A stretch of DNA of 59,250 nt, filler included, from Basidiobolus ranarum (GCA_040143965.1; 11 parts of 11 records of this genome joined end to end with filler, not necessarily neighbours in it), one strand, 5' to 3'; numbered from the whole stretch's first letter, positions 24,344 to 37,793 are shown. Translations and numbers: made by a program. Notes: generated by a model from the letters alone, not told the origin.

Positions 24344-25711
24344 ATGCATCTCTACTCACTTGCTCTCATTTCCGCCGCTTTGGTCGGTAGCATCTCGGCT
24401 CAAAATGTGTTCTACGGAAGCTTTATTCATTCTGTGAATGTAACTAATCTGGAGCATGTTACTAAAGGCGTCATCGCCGTAGATAGGACTGGAAAGATAG
24501 TCCAAGTTGAGACTAATACAAGCGAAACGCAAGCTAGACAGATAGCCACTAAATATAGGGTGAGCCTCACTCTATTGGGTAATCAAAAATTTCTCATGCC
24601 TGGATTGATCGACACTCATATTCACGCTCCACAATATGTCTTTACTGGCTCTGGTATGGATCTGCAGTTACTTGATTGGCTTAATACGTATACATTTCCT
24701 CGTGAGGCTCGTTTCAACGACACTAGCTATGCCAGGGATGCCTACAACAAGGTGGTAGACCGTTTGGTGCGAGGTGGTACCACTGCTGCCAGCTACTATG
24801 CTACCATTCATTTGGAGTCTTCGAAGATACTGGCAGATATTGTGGAGAAAAAGGGTCAGCGTGCACTCGTCGGAAAAGTCAATATGGACCGTAATTCACC
24901 AGATTTCTATGTCGAATCTACTGCTCAGAGCCTGAAAGATACGGAGACTTTTATCCAATATGTCTTGAGTAAAAATAACTCCCGTGTCATCCCTATAGTT
25001 ACCCCCCGCTTTGTTCCATCTTGTACGACTGAGTTGATGAAGGGTCTTGGTAATCTCGCTGCCAAATATAACGTTCCGATTCAATCTCATCTTGATGAGA
25101 ACCTTGATGAAATTGCCTGGGTAAAGCAGCTGCACCCAGACCAACCTGACTACACCTCTGTATATGATGTCAATGGTTTATTGACAAATCGTACTATCAT
25201 GGCTCACGTGGTTCATCCAACAGATGCTGAGCGCCAACTGCTGAAACAGCGTGGTGCAGGAATTTCTCATTGCCCAAATTCTAACTTCAGTCTTCGTAGT
25301 GGTATAGCGAAAGTCCGTCAAATGCTGGCTGAAGGCCAAAAGATTGGCCTAGGCACGGATGTTGCAGGTGGTTATGGCACCTCTATTCTCAACACCATTC
25401 GTACTGGCTATTTTGCGGCCATCGCTCGTAGCTTCGACCATCCAGATGACAAATACCTAAAGTTAGCCGAAATTTTCTATCTTGCTACTCTTGGTGGGGC
25501 TGATGTGCTGGGAATGAAGAATACTCTTGGAAACTTTGTGGTCGGAAAACAATTCGACGCTTTAATTGTAGACCCTCTCGCCCGTGGTTCACCTATTGAC
25601 CTATTCTCACATGATGATGTAAAGACCATATTTGAGAAATTCATTAACAACGGGGATGACCGTAACATTATTCAAGTCTTTGTTGATGGAAAATCTATTC
25701 ATCGTGTTTAA
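24344..25711 (+). CDS. GUD1: Guanine deaminase (amidohydrolase family) with a predicted N-terminal signal peptide; 455 aa, intronless
   Basis: PGLIDTHIHAPQY, LLDWLNTYTFP, TPRFVPSC, QSHLDEN, MAHVVH, HCPNSN, LGTDVAGG and GDDRNI..V.V.G are all present. N-terminus MHLYSLALISAALVGSISA|Q. Confidence 0.93.
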   Translation: MHLYSLALISAALVGSISAQNVFYGSFIHSVNVTNLEHVTKGVIAVDRTGKIVQVETNTSETQARQIATKYRVSLTLLGNQKFLMPGLIDTHIHAPQYVFTGSGMDLQLLDWLNTYTFPREARFNDTSYARDAYNKVVDRLVRGGTTAASYYATIHLESSKILADIVEKKGQRALVGKVNMDRNSPDFYVESTAQSLKDTETFIQYVLSKNNSRVIPIVTPRFVPSCTTELMKGLGNLAAKYNVPIQSHLDENLDEIAWVKQLHPDQPDYTSVYDVNGLLTNRTIMAHVVHPTDAERQLLKQRGAGISHCPNSNFSLRSGIAKVRQMLAEGQKIGLGTDVAGGYGTSILNTIRTGYFAAIARSFDHPDDKYLKLAEIFYLATLGGADVLGMKNTLGNFVVGKQFDALIVDPLARGSPIDLFSHDDVKTIFEKFINNGDDRNIIQVFVDGKSIHRV

Positions 25712-26793
25712 CATTCTCAATTTAGTTCTTTGTTTGAAGTGTTCTTACAATCGCAAGGACATCATGCGTTAGTTTCCGTCAACAATAAAGGTTTATTTTA
25801 ACATCACATATAAGTAATAGATAAGCAACTCCAATTCTGTACATATCATTTCCCAGAATATAGAATGTAGCATGATTTCTGCTGAGTAGCCTGAAGCAGA
25901 CAACTCGCGATAAATCTATGTATAAGTGCTAATGTGGCTCATGTTGGGTGTAGTGTGAAACTACGGCTCCGTGTTCCATTTAAAGCGGTTAACACAGGTA
26001 ACAACTTGATGTAGGTATATATATATATATATATAAGTATAGAATAGATAAGTAAGCGTGTAATTCGGGAGTAGTATACTAACAGTAATAAGCTACGTAT
26101 ATTGGTTCTAAAATAGATTTATTTCCATCGACAACATAGGCATATTTATCACCTATAAGATTCATGGTATGGCTTCAACAGAATACGGGTGAAAGTAAAA
26201 TTAATTAGGAATAGAAAATCGATGACTTTTACTAGTACTTGAATCCCAAGTAATACGTTTCTAACGAGTATTTTATGGATGAATAAGTTTACACGCATAT
26301 GTGTATCAAGCACTAGCAATAATAGAGTCACCTCCGGCATACATCTAGTATAAGAATGTAAATTATGCCTAGCACTCCTACCCTAAGAAATTCACTCAAT
26401 TAGCGTTAATTAAACTATTAATCATGTAGTCGTATGTACATGACCTTCGTTCTAGCCTTGTCGGCATTCTGCTGGTCGATTTGAACACTTTGCATCTGAT
26501 AGAAATCAATGAAACTGGATATTAGACATTATTACGTGATATGAGTCTACTTACTATCATATTTCCCTGAATTTCATAAACGCTATGTTTGATATCCATT
26601 GGTAACTCATTCGAATATGGTTAGGTTCGGGGCTTGGGAATATAAATATTAAAAATTCACTATCAGTAGTTAAACACACCATTGCGTCAGATGAAGCAAT
26701 CCACTGAAAATTTTGAAACCTTCATCTACTCTATGGGCGTGGAATCGATTCAACTGGGGAAAATTGTTGGTTATAAATCAACTCTTTCTTAGC

Positions 26794-26869
26794 ACTACTC
26801 TTTGCAAAAAATCATATCAGAAGGTTTAATAACTACTCTTTGCAAAAAATCATATCAGAAGGTTTAATA
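26794..26869. repeat. Perfect 2 x 38-bp tandem duplication near the contig end
   Basis: ACTACTCTTTGCAAAAAATCATATCAGAAGGTTTAATA occurs twice in a row. Confidence 0.9.
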
Positions 26870-27159
26870 TCTTCTGTAAGTAGGGTTTTGTAACAGCAGC
26901 ACTTNNNNNNNNNNNNNNNNNNNNNNNNNNNNNNNNNNNNNNNNNNNNTTAATTAATTAANNNNNNNNNNNNNNNNNNNNNNNNNNNNNNNNNNNNNNNN
27001 NNNNTGGTCTACACCCAAGTACTCTCCTGCCTTCTAGCCTCTTATTGTTGTTTCCAGTCCTTGTCCAGTTCCTTATTGTGAAAGTATACTTTTAAGAATA
27101 TACTACATGTTCCAGATATTGCCAAGAATTAAATATCTGTATATAAGGGCATCTCATAA

Positions 27160-28250
27160 GGGCTAAAATTCAATTTTGATAAGTCAGGATGTATCATCAC
27201 TGATCAAAGTGGTAAATGTGTAGCTTTGGGAGAAAAGGATCAGATTTTATACAAACCTCCATATAATCAAACAGGTTTATGTGTAAATATAAGTTATTCC
27301 AATCAAGAAACTATTTAATTATGGCATAAGAGATTTAGCCACAATGGATCTGATTATTTGAGCAACATGATCAAAATTACATAATTTCTAGCATTCAAAT
27401 TAACCCCCCCCCAGCCAAAAAGGAATCTTGTGAGGGTTGTGTATATGTAAAACAAGCCAGTCAACTGTTCAAGAGATCTGGTTTAATCAAATCTGTCAAA
27501 AAATTGGATCTTATGTATTCAGATTTGTGTGGACCTGTGCTCAATGTCTCTTTAGGTCAAAAAGATATTAAATAATATTTGTTGTTTATACAAGATACAC
27601 TTGGGGCTGCTTTATGGAAAGAAACAAAGAAGTTGTGTCTATTCTTAGATATTTAAAACACTTGGGGAGCCCAAAACTAAACCCAAATGCAAGGAAATAG
27701 GTACTGATAATATACTTCAATACTTCTTTGTTATAATGAGGCTTTTTCTTGGAATTCAAAGAAACAACCTATTGTAGCACTTTCAACAGCAGAACCACAA
27801 TACATGGCTGCCTGCAAAGTAACAAAAGAGGCAATATGGTTAAGAATACTCCTAGCAGATTTAGGTTATTATTCATATTCACCAATAACAATATTTCAAG
27901 ATAAACAAAGTTTTATCAAATTAGCTACAATACCACATTTCATGGTAGAAGCAGGAATATAAGTATTAGACATCACTTTGTTAAAGATATTATTGAAAAA
28001 AAGCTTATTGACTTAAATTATTTTTCTACAGAAGACATGTTTGCTGATATATTTACCAAATCATTGGCTAAAAGGCAATTTGAGAAGTTTGGACCTTCCT
28101 TAGGATTAGCTCAAATGACTATTTAGTTCAGGGAGAGTATTGCAGGTAGCATTGCCTAAGACTTTATACCATTATGTATAGGTTAGTATTAGTTATTTTG
28201 TATTTCACTAAGATTTTATCCATTATCCTGCATTGGAATTTACTTTTCAT
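27160..28250 (+). mobile_element. Internally deleted copia (family B): GAG-pre-integrase and integrase start joined to RNase H, PPT and a partial LTR (from 28138)
   Basis: LWHKRFSH, CEGCVY and YSDLCGP, then KQPIVALSTAE..YMAA and DMFADIFTKSL. PPT AGGGAGAG. The LTR start matches 17462. Confidence 0.85.
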
Positions 28251-28329
28251 GACTTCTAGTTTCTCCAAGCACTGGTGAAAGCTAAAACACACTTTAACAT
28301 GAAGGTAGCTTGATTACCAAAGGATTAGA

Positions 28330-30430
28330 AGTCATACACTGGGCAGGTGTTTTCCACTTCTACCAAGTCTGTGACAAGCAACTATTGCCAATCTTATTTG
28401 GTAAAAGCATAAAAAGCCCAGCAAATACCTGGTTGCTAGGACAGGATTGAAACTCTCCACTCCTCAATGTTGTAAGCTGCTTCCTTGACTGTTATTATTA
28501 TGAGTGAACTAAGGCTTGCTGATCTTTTTTGACATATTGCCCCCAGCACTAGTATCACCAAGGTCAATACCTAGCAGCATGTCCTCAAAGTCTTTGGGAA
28601 TTACTGGCTTGACCAAACTTGCACTTTTGACTGCTTTGTTCCAGCCTTATAACTGTGGTAACTCCATGCTTTCTTCACTTTCAACAGTGTTACAAAAGAT
28701 ATGAGGTTAACCACAGCCAATGGACTCAGTGAGGAAAACTACAGTGATCCCTATGTTCAAATTAGTATGTGATGGCATGGGAAGGATATTGCTGCAGTGA
28801 AAAGTTGTTTCTAAGCTATTTTGCTATACAAAGTTAACCATGCAAATATTTCAATGCCATTAAAAATCATCCCCAATCTAATTCAAAATTGGCTTCCAAG
28901 CAAAAGCCTGCTAGCATGTGAGCAAATGCCTGCAGCACTGGCTTTGGAACATCCTTCTGGAGCCAATTTGGATAAAATCATTACCACAAGGGAGCTGCAG
29001 ACAGAATACAATAACAATTTGTGTGAGATAATTAGTAAAAACTATGATGTTGACATACCAGTCACAACAAGCAATAATGCAGCAATATTACTATCAATGC
29101 AGCATTATGAAATAGCCAGTCCTCAGTTAGAGAGTCATTTTGCTTGGATACAAGACTTTGAGAATGCTGTACTTGAGCAACAAGAACATGTTGCTCTCTT
29201 GATCCATTCCCATACAGGATTTCAATCAATCCTGCTCTACACATTTAAATCCCTGACAGAACTAAAATTGATTTGATCTGGATTGGATCCACCATTGTGG
29301 ATAGCAAAACATCAGAGAACAATCACAAGATTGGTGGCTTGCATTATACCAGGGATTTTAATGGTGAGACAGTGGCTTTGCAATGGAATTTTGCTAGTAT
29401 TCATATATGGTAAAGTTTTGCTCCTCACATTTGGCCTGTGCTACTAAAATTTCTGACAATTTTTGCAAAAATCTGATTTTTGAATGGCAATTTACTGGGT
29501 TTATTGCTGTAGCAATTCAAATTAACATGCATGCTTTTATTTAGACATTTTAGGCTTTGTATTCCAGCCATGCTGAGAATCAAAAATTACAAGAATTGTG
29601 TTATGTTTAGTCTCTACATATGCACATACTTAACTGATCAGACATAACTCAACAACATCAATATGCTTTACCAGCAAACTGATGGTGGAAAAATTACTTA
29701 ACATCTGAAATTTTGACCAGCACTAACACTAGGCAAATAGCTGACTCTGTTTACCATTGACACTGAGAATAAGCTCTTGAAATTTGGTATATTTTTGTCA
29801 AGAATTCAGCCAAAATTTCCACAACATGCAGTCAAAAAATGTTGCCTCACTAATAAATGTGTCATTGCTTGAATGATTGTTGCATGGCTAAACAATGATA
29901 CTGTATATCTCATTCTATCTGATCAAATGGCTGTCTTGCAGCTTTCCTAGAAAAATCATCAAATTACGACACCAACAAATTAGTTCAAATTATAGAGATA
30001 CTTACTCTGTGTCCATGGATTGAGTTTTATAGGTGTTTTGTGATCAAACAATGCAAAAGTACATGACCTTATTCTAAAGAGCTCAGTGTAGGAAGGATAT
30101 TACACTCAGGAGTTGGCTTAATTAATTGTATTAAATTTGTTAATGATTTTGCTGATACATTGCCAAGTAGATTAGCAAAAGGTAATACTAAAAATTTCTC
30201 ACAGAGTATCATTTCACTATAGGTACACTCCATTGGAAATTCCCAAAATGTAAAGCAAGGGCCTAAAATCTCTCAGAATACTGAGCAATGTGGCTGGGAA
30301 TGAATTGAATATGTATATATATTCAATCTAGCTTCTTTAAAACTGTATGAAAGTTTTTCATATCCAATTACCAAATCTTTGCACAGTACTATATCTGCCA
30401 ATGAGAGTTGATGCCACAAAACCAAAGTAA
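28330..30430 (-). mobile_element. CACTA/EnSpm-like element fragments (5' region ~28330-29375; transposase C-terminal region ~29720-30430)
   Basis: Reverse-complement similarity to 34900-35260, to 4600-5305 and to 36900-37590 (the FWEFPME motif at ~30225-30250 on the minus strand). Confidence 0.7.
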
Positions 30431-30542
30431 CAATATTCATGAACTAATTAAAGTGTTTAGGGTATTTGGAAGTGTATTGCATAAGATTTGGCTTTGTGAA
30501 TTACTTATGTTTTATTGAAATGAACATATCCTATTTATGGTA

Positions 30543-32300
30543 GGTTAAAATTTGCAAAATAGCAGCTTGTTATTTAGTAGTTGGTTTATTCATTTCTGAT
30601 TATTGAGCACTCAATTCTGTCATACAAAAATGTGTGCTTATTGCTCAAATTGCTATATATGTTTATTAGATCACTTTTTTCAATTTATACTATTTTCTCA
30701 AAACTTCTGCAAATCACCTCAAATTTTTACCCATGATTAACAGACATGTTTGTTATGATTTAGGTACATCCAATAGTCCTACTTCACAGTACTCTACACA
30801 TAGAAAATAATCAATTCAATAAAACTTAAGTGTTCAATTCACAAATCCAATTCTTGCCCAAAACACTTTTATCAGGTTATGAGCCCCAAGCTAGCCATTA
30901 GAGGAATGTCTACCAATACTATTGCTAATGTTTGAGCATCCTCAGAGAAGTTTGATGGAGAAGACTTTCACCTTTGAAAGTTCAAGATGAAAAGAGTGCT
31001 AGATGACAAAACAGATACACTTAGATATTCTTTTTCAAATCAAAATCTGAAGCCTTAGCAACTTTCAAGCACTACAAACAAGTGGTGGAGAAAGAATCAG
31101 TGCAAAAAATATGGGTACCAAGGAGTGATAAAGGTGGTGAATATTGCTCTAAAGACTTTGCCAATTTTGTCCTTATCATGGAGTTAAGTAACAAACTACT
31201 GTACCATATCCTCAGCAGCAAAATGGAGTTGCAGAAAATGCTTAAAGGACCATAGTGGAGATAGCAAAATCAATGCTGCATCATCAATAGTTAGATTACC
31301 AAAATTGGGTTGAATCTGTCTTCTCTTCAATCTATGGTGAATACAGATGACAAACAAGATTGCTACAAAATTCTACTCCATTGAAGCCCTATATGGATCA
31401 AAATCAAGTGTGGAACATTGTCAGATATTTGGTTGCGTAGCATATTGCCTAATTACAGCTCAAAAATGCTCTAAATTGGAACCCAAAAGCAGAGAATGCA
31501 TATTGGTTCATTACTGTGATGGATTCAAGGCCTATGGATTATTTTATACCAATAGTCCAAAGTTAATAGAGTGCAGATACGTCATTTTGGAAGAAAAAGC
31601 AAATTAACCCCTTATATCACATTTCTTGATCCAGAGGATACAATCAGCACTATTCAAGAGGTGTCTGAAAAAGTTCCGGTTGTATTTGAGCCCTATTTAA
31701 CAGAAATTCCAGCCCCAATTACATCAGAGGTTAATTCAGGACCTAGAAGATGAACTAGAGGGAGGAATTAGCCTGGGAATTTGGAGGAACACTGATGATG
31801 TCTTTTTCTATGCAACATTCTGTGATGAGCTGCAGACTCTAGATGAAGCTCTAAAGTGTTGAGAATCTAAATGCCAGAAAAAGCAACATCTGATGAACTT
31901 TCTTCACTTCAGGACAATAAAACATGGGCTTCGAGTGCTCTACCATCAGGGAGAAAGCCAATAGGTTACAAATAGGTCTACAAAGCTAAATACCAAGCTG
32001 AAAAACCATATAAAGGTACAAAGCAAGGTTAGTTCCAAATAGTTAATTTCAGATTCCAGGAGTATATTTAATACAATATTTGCTCCAGTAGCTAGGTTAG
32101 GCTTCATTAGATCAATATGGGCACTCTCAGCCTTCCATAGCCTTGGCTTATAACAAATTGATGCAAAAAACAGCCTCTCTAAATCAAAATCTCAAAATAG
32201 AGATCTATATTGAGCATGCAGATGGATTTGTTGACCCAAAACACCCTGATCCAGTCTGTAACCTGCAAAAGTTGCTATATGGACTCAAGCAAGCTCTTAG
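30543..32300 (+). mobile_element. Degenerate copia (family A): LTR, PBS, gag start fused by deletion to integrase, then RT; cut by the contig end
   Basis: LTR ends TTTTATCA at 30874. PBS GGTTATGAGCCC 30875-30886. gag ATG 30906. RSDKGGEY, QQNGVAE, IFGCVAY, KLEPKSREC and LQKLLYGLKQA follow. An inverted LTR fragment lies at ~30447-30540. Confidence 0.9.
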
Positions 32301-32400
32301 NNNNNNNNNNNNNNNNNNNNNNNNNNNNNNNNNNNNNNNNNNNNTTAATTAATTAANNNNNNNNNNNNNNNNNNNNNNNNNNNNNNNNNNNNNNNNNNNN

Positions 32401-32690
32401 AGTCTTGGAATTCTCGCTTTTCCAACCAACAATGAAGTTCAATAAATATTTTAAAGAAGGCTTTATCTCCCTACTGTCGATATTCTTATTGATATGTCTT
32501 TTTTACACAATCAATAAGGTTAAGAAAACTTTTAACAGATTTAGTTTATTTTCAAATTCACCAACTACAATATTTCAAGATAATCAAAGTTGCATCAAAT
32601 TATCTAAAAATCACTTGTTCATAATGTAAGCAAACATATAGATATTAAGCATCACTTCATAAGAGGGACTGTAGAGAAAAAGTTTTCACT
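32401..32690 (+). mobile_element. Copia RNase H fragment
   Basis: PTTIFQDNQSCIKLSKN...KHIDIKHHFIR. Confidence 0.75.
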
Positions 32691-34600
32691 CTTGTCACCA
32701 TTGACAATGAGAATAAACTCTTTGATTTAGGCAAATTTCTGCAATGAATTCAGCCGAAATAACCCCAAATTGTAGTCAACAAACTTACTGCCACAAGCAG
32801 CTATATCAAGTGGGGAATAGATTACCCCATGGTTGAAACAATAGTAATGCATGCCTCAATCTATCTCATCAAGTCTGCCTTGCAGCATTTCTAGATATGT
32901 CATCATAATATAACATGAACAAAATAGGCCAAATTATAGTGTCACTTACTCTGTGTTTTTGGATTGGGTTTTGTTTGTGATTTTGTGTTTGATCATTGCA
33001 AAATGCCATGAGCATATTGAAACAAGCTCTATGTTGGGTTAATGTAGTCTGGAGTCTCTTTAACAGCAGTATTACATCCATCACTGATTTGGCTGATGCA
33101 TTGTTAATCAGCTTGGCATACAGTATTAAACATGGTTTCACTCAGAACATCATATGACTACAGGTACCCTCCATCAAGAACTCCTAGCATGTATTACAAG
33201 GGCCCGTAATTTTTGAACATTGTGAAAAGCTGCAACAGGGAATGTATTGAATACTGACATAGATTGATTGTTTCTTCTTATAACCTGTAATAATGTTTCT
33301 CATATCCATTTACAAGATCTTTGCACAGCTACTGTATCTGGCTGAGATCTACTAATGTGAGGTGATACTGTAAGAATATATTAACCTAATCCACAAGCAA
33401 CTCCCATTGTTGCCAATACTCATAAGGCAGAAATCTTTTCAAGAAGCTCTGGCTCCAGCTAATCCCCTTTACCTATATAATCTTAGGCTTATGGCAAATC
33501 CCAAGTTTGTTGTTTGACTGACTATTTGGTGAATTGATATCAGTAAGCATGTTGAAATCTAACCAGGCTCTGGATAGTAAAATCATGGAGCTTAGTGCTG
33601 TATTTGGATAGTAGGATTGTCTATGCAAGTAAACTCCATTGATCAAAAAGAATCTTCTGCAAGATAGTGCATTGTGATCACAAAAACATCCATATATACT
33701 GATGGCAGGAGTGTTACCAATACACACAATGATATTAGGTTTCAAAAAATATATACCCATCTGAACCCAACAGACAGCCATTGAATTGCATTAGAGGCTT
33801 CAAGATGATATCTATAAGCACTGGTGATTTAGGTCTAGGTATGATGGATAGTATCTGAGTATCAAAAGTTTTATACCATTCAGAAAGTGGATGATTTAAG
33901 TAAATTAAAATGATTAGACAGTAATCATTTCTAACAGTATTTTTGTTTAGTGAAAAACCATCCAGAGCCATTGCTAATGCTTGAGCATACATGTTCTCAA
34001 AGAAACCTTGACTTTTCAGATTCTGGTAGTGATATCCTTCATGTATATTGGTAATACAAACTGCTTTACAGTGAGTGCTTTGGTATTGGATCAATGATCT
34101 ATAGTTGGGTGGTTTCATCAAAACTTTAAGATAGGGAATCAACAGTGTGTGCTTCCATTGCTATAACAATCCTATCCCAATCTTCTACAGATATGTGTTC
34201 AATAGTTGGCAAAGCAGCTGTTTTGGAAGTTGATGGGCTTGACTTTGTTTCTCTTGAACCTTTCCAACTATTAATTTACTATGTAATTAGGGGTTTATAA
34301 TCTCTTCAGTTGCATTACTGGTGGAAATGCATATATGATTAATGCTTTGTCATTGCTTGAGTTAGTTTCTGGTATGTTCATGCCTTGTGAAGTGGATAGT
34401 GGAGTGCTGAACTGCTCATCAATTACTTCTTCTGATTCTGCTGTCTTTTTCCTCTCATGCCAGCAGGTTTGTGCTTGGTAGTTGATTTAGATTTTGTTAT
34501 TGAACACTTTTTGAATGGCATTGAAATTTTGACATGGGAAGCTTGGTGTAATGTAATTGCTTAGAAACAGCTTATAATAAACCAATATTGCAATCTATTA
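32690..34600 (-). mobile_element. CACTA/EnSpm-like transposase pseudogene
   Basis: ALAMALDGFS, LIILIYLN, LKPL and VCIGNTPAIS...CRR in ORFs 33735-34142 and 33473-33781 are Transposase_21 (tnp2)-like motifs. Paralogous to 34800-37590. Confidence 0.75.
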
Positions 34601-34799
34601 CCAGAAATATCTTGTCAATCCCCTAATGACTCATTGTTGACATTATCTCAGAATTGGCTGATGTTATTCATGGTATGTACCTAAAATACCACCCTTACAT
34701 AGGAGGTGTTCTTTTTCCTCAATAACCTTCTCATGCTACAACACAAACATTGAAGAAAGCCCTGCTATTATTGTCACAAATTTGTGTACTATGAAAGCT

Positions 34800-37590
34800 A
34801 GAGACCTCATAAAAATATAATCATAAGCATGGTCACTGTCCAATGCCAGTAGCTGCACAAAGCATGGTGAGTATCTACAGTAATAAGTGCACAAAAATGA
34901 CATTAGTTCTGCCCACTGAGTCCACTAGCTGTGCTGTACCTCCAAGTTTAGCTATCACTGCTGAAAGACAAGATACTGTGGAGTTACCACAGTTATATGA
35001 CCAGAATGATTTAGATAAAATTAATGCCTTGGTTGAACCAGTAGTTCCAGCCAACCTCAAGGACATGTTGCCTGATGTTGACCTTGGTTATTTCAGTACT
35101 GATGGTAGTTTAACAGAAGAAGATGATGATAATGATGGTTTTGTTACAAAAGGTTTGTCCTTGGCAAGCATAAGTTCACTTATAGCACTTACAGTATAAG
35201 GCAGCAGCTTTGATTATTGAGAAGTGGAGAGCCCAATGCAATCTCAGCAACCAGGTTTTTGTGGGTTTTCTTACACTTGTATCACAGTTGATTGGCAGGT
35301 GTTGCTTGCTACAGACCTGTTACAAGTGCAAAACACTTGTCAGTGGTAGGACTGCAAATCCTTCAGGAATTAAACTACCTTCATGTCCAAATGGTAGTTT
35401 GACTTTCACCAATGATCTGAAAACTTGCATCTCTATACTGTTTGCATACAATAGGCGATCACTGAGTCAGGTAAATATTGTTCATATTGGCTTTCATACT
35501 GTTGATAACCTGTCTTAAAGCTTTGATGAAATCACCCAAATGTACATCATTGATCTATTACCATAGTACCCACCATGAGGCTGATGGTAATACCTATATA
35601 CTTAATAGATATCACTACCAGAATATGAACAGTCAAGGTTTTTGTGGGAATACCTATGATTATGCATTTGCATTTGCTCTGCATGGTTTCTCATTAAACA
35701 AATATATCAATAAAAAGGTTTTCTGGCCAATAATTTTAATTAACTTAAATATTTCTCTTTTTAAATGGTATCAGAGTGAGAGTGTATTGATATTTCCCAC
35801 CATATCTTGACCTATATCACCAGTGCTTATATATAGCTTCTTAGAGCCATTGATTGTGGAATTCACATGGTTATCTCTTGGGGCTCAGATGGGTGTATAT
35901 TTTTCAAAGCTAATATCAATGTATGTATTGGTGACACTCCTGCTGTCAGTAAGCTTGGAGGTTTTCATGGGTGCAAAGCACTCTCTTACAGTAGATCTTC
36001 CCAAATCATTGGAGTTTGCTCTACCAGACATGTGCAACAATACCATCCAAATTCAGCATTAAACCATTTGAATTTAATGGTAAGAGCCTGGTCAGATCAC
36101 AATGGGCTCACTGATATCACATCATCAAATGGTAAGTCTGACATCAAACTTGGGATTAGCTGTAAGCTTATGAATCAATTGCTAAAGGGGATCAGCAGGG
36201 GCCAGAGCTTTCTATGAGACTCTATGTTCAAATTAGGTGAATAGCAACTCATTATTTACTAGTTAGTTTATTCCTATTCTAATTATATAGCACTCAATTC
36301 TGCCATTCGAAAATGTGTGTTTATTGCTCTAATTGATTAAAATAGCAATAAGATCACTTTTACCAATTTTCACTATTTTCTCAAAACTTCTCCAAATCAC
36401 CTCAAATTTTCACCTGTGCTTGACAGGCATGTTTTTTATGTTCTCAGCATGTCCAATAGTCTTATCTCATAGTAAACTATTAATAGGACATATTTAATTC
36501 AATAAAACTTAAATGTGAAATTCACAAATCCAAATCTTGTTTAAAACACTTCCAAATCACCTAAACACTTTTATCACTCTATGCACCTACTATTCAACAA
36601 TATTCCAATACTACTTACTCAGCTATATGATGGAAAATTCAGTGTGAATGAGCCATGAAAGATAGGATTGAAGTCTGAGTTGATCGGGAAAATTCTTGAA
36701 AACATCAATATCCATTGAATTTTACCAGGACTCCTATTGATGTCAAACCCATATAGGCAAGTATTCAAATGCAAAGACAATAATTATAAGATTTGCATAT
36801 ACTACAGTTGACTCTTGAAAAAATTTCAGTCTGATTAGTATTGTCAACATTGGGAGTTGTTTATGAATATTGTTAACATATTCTTAAGGTATTAGGCAAC
36901 ATTGTCAGATCACAGGCCAATATGGTGCCTGTGCATGGATTTTGTAATTGGATATGCAAGACTTTGTTACAGGCTTGAAGATGATAGACTAAGTGTATGC
37001 TGGTATTCAATATATTCCCTGATTCAGCTTTCATAATGGTTAAAGATTATAGGCCCTTGATATGCATTCTGGGATTTCCCAATGGAGCATGCTGGTGGTG
37101 AAATGATGCTCCATGTGAAATTGTCAGTATTACTGTATGCCAATCTGGGTAACAATATATCATCAAAATCAGTGTTGGATGTAATGTGAGAGGTAAGAAG
37201 ACTACAAAGTGTATCAACCTTCCAACAAAGGGCTCTTTTCAGCATTCTTTTGGGTTTTTGCATTGTTTGAGCACAATAGCAGCAACCAAACCCAATCAAT
37301 GGACTCAGAGTAGTTCATCTATAATTTGGACTAATTTGTTCATGTGATAATCTGATAGTATTGGTAGGAAAGCTGCAAGACAGACTTTTTTGTGGAAAAA
37401 ATGAAGATATACAATTTTATTGCATTAGCAATGCCATGTGGTAACATATTGAAGCACCAACAGATCTACTTTTGACAGGACATTTTCTGACTGCAAGTCA
37501 CAAATAATTTGGTAGGTTTCTTTACAAAAATTTGCCAAAATCCAGAGCTTTCTCTCATTGGGAACAGTAACAAGCAACAGCTATCTTAGC
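34800..37590 (+). mobile_element. CACTA/EnSpm-like transposase pseudogene (longest copy here), interrupted by a solo LTR
   Basis: Fragmented ORFs with AFALHGF, WPIILINLN, FLEPLIVE, VCIGDTPAVSKLGGFHG and, after the LTR, FWDFPMEHAGG. Confidence 0.78.
36225..36576 (+). mobile_element. Solo LTR (copia family A) with 5-bp TSD CTCTA
   Basis: TGTTCAAATTAGG...TTTTATCA termini. CTCTA at 36220-36224 and 36577-36581. The homologous transposase copy at ~4280-4310 shows the empty site. Confidence 0.92.
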
Positions 37591-37793
37591 GCCAGTTCTT
37601 CTTTGAGAGAAAACTGTGAAGCAGAGTTACCAAAGTCTGATACGTCCATGATAATTTGATTTCCACAAATAATAATTTATTTATTACCAATTTNNNNNNN
37701 NNNNNNNNNNNNNNNNNNNNNNNNNNNNNNNNNNNNNTTAATTAATTAANNNNNNNNNNNNNNNNNNNNNNNNNNNNNNNNNNNNNNNNNNNN

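Noticed and set aside
26794-26869. Perfect 38-bp tandem duplication as a functional element
   Set aside because: It lies within ~110 bp of the contig end, so an assembly artefact or neutral slippage is as likely.
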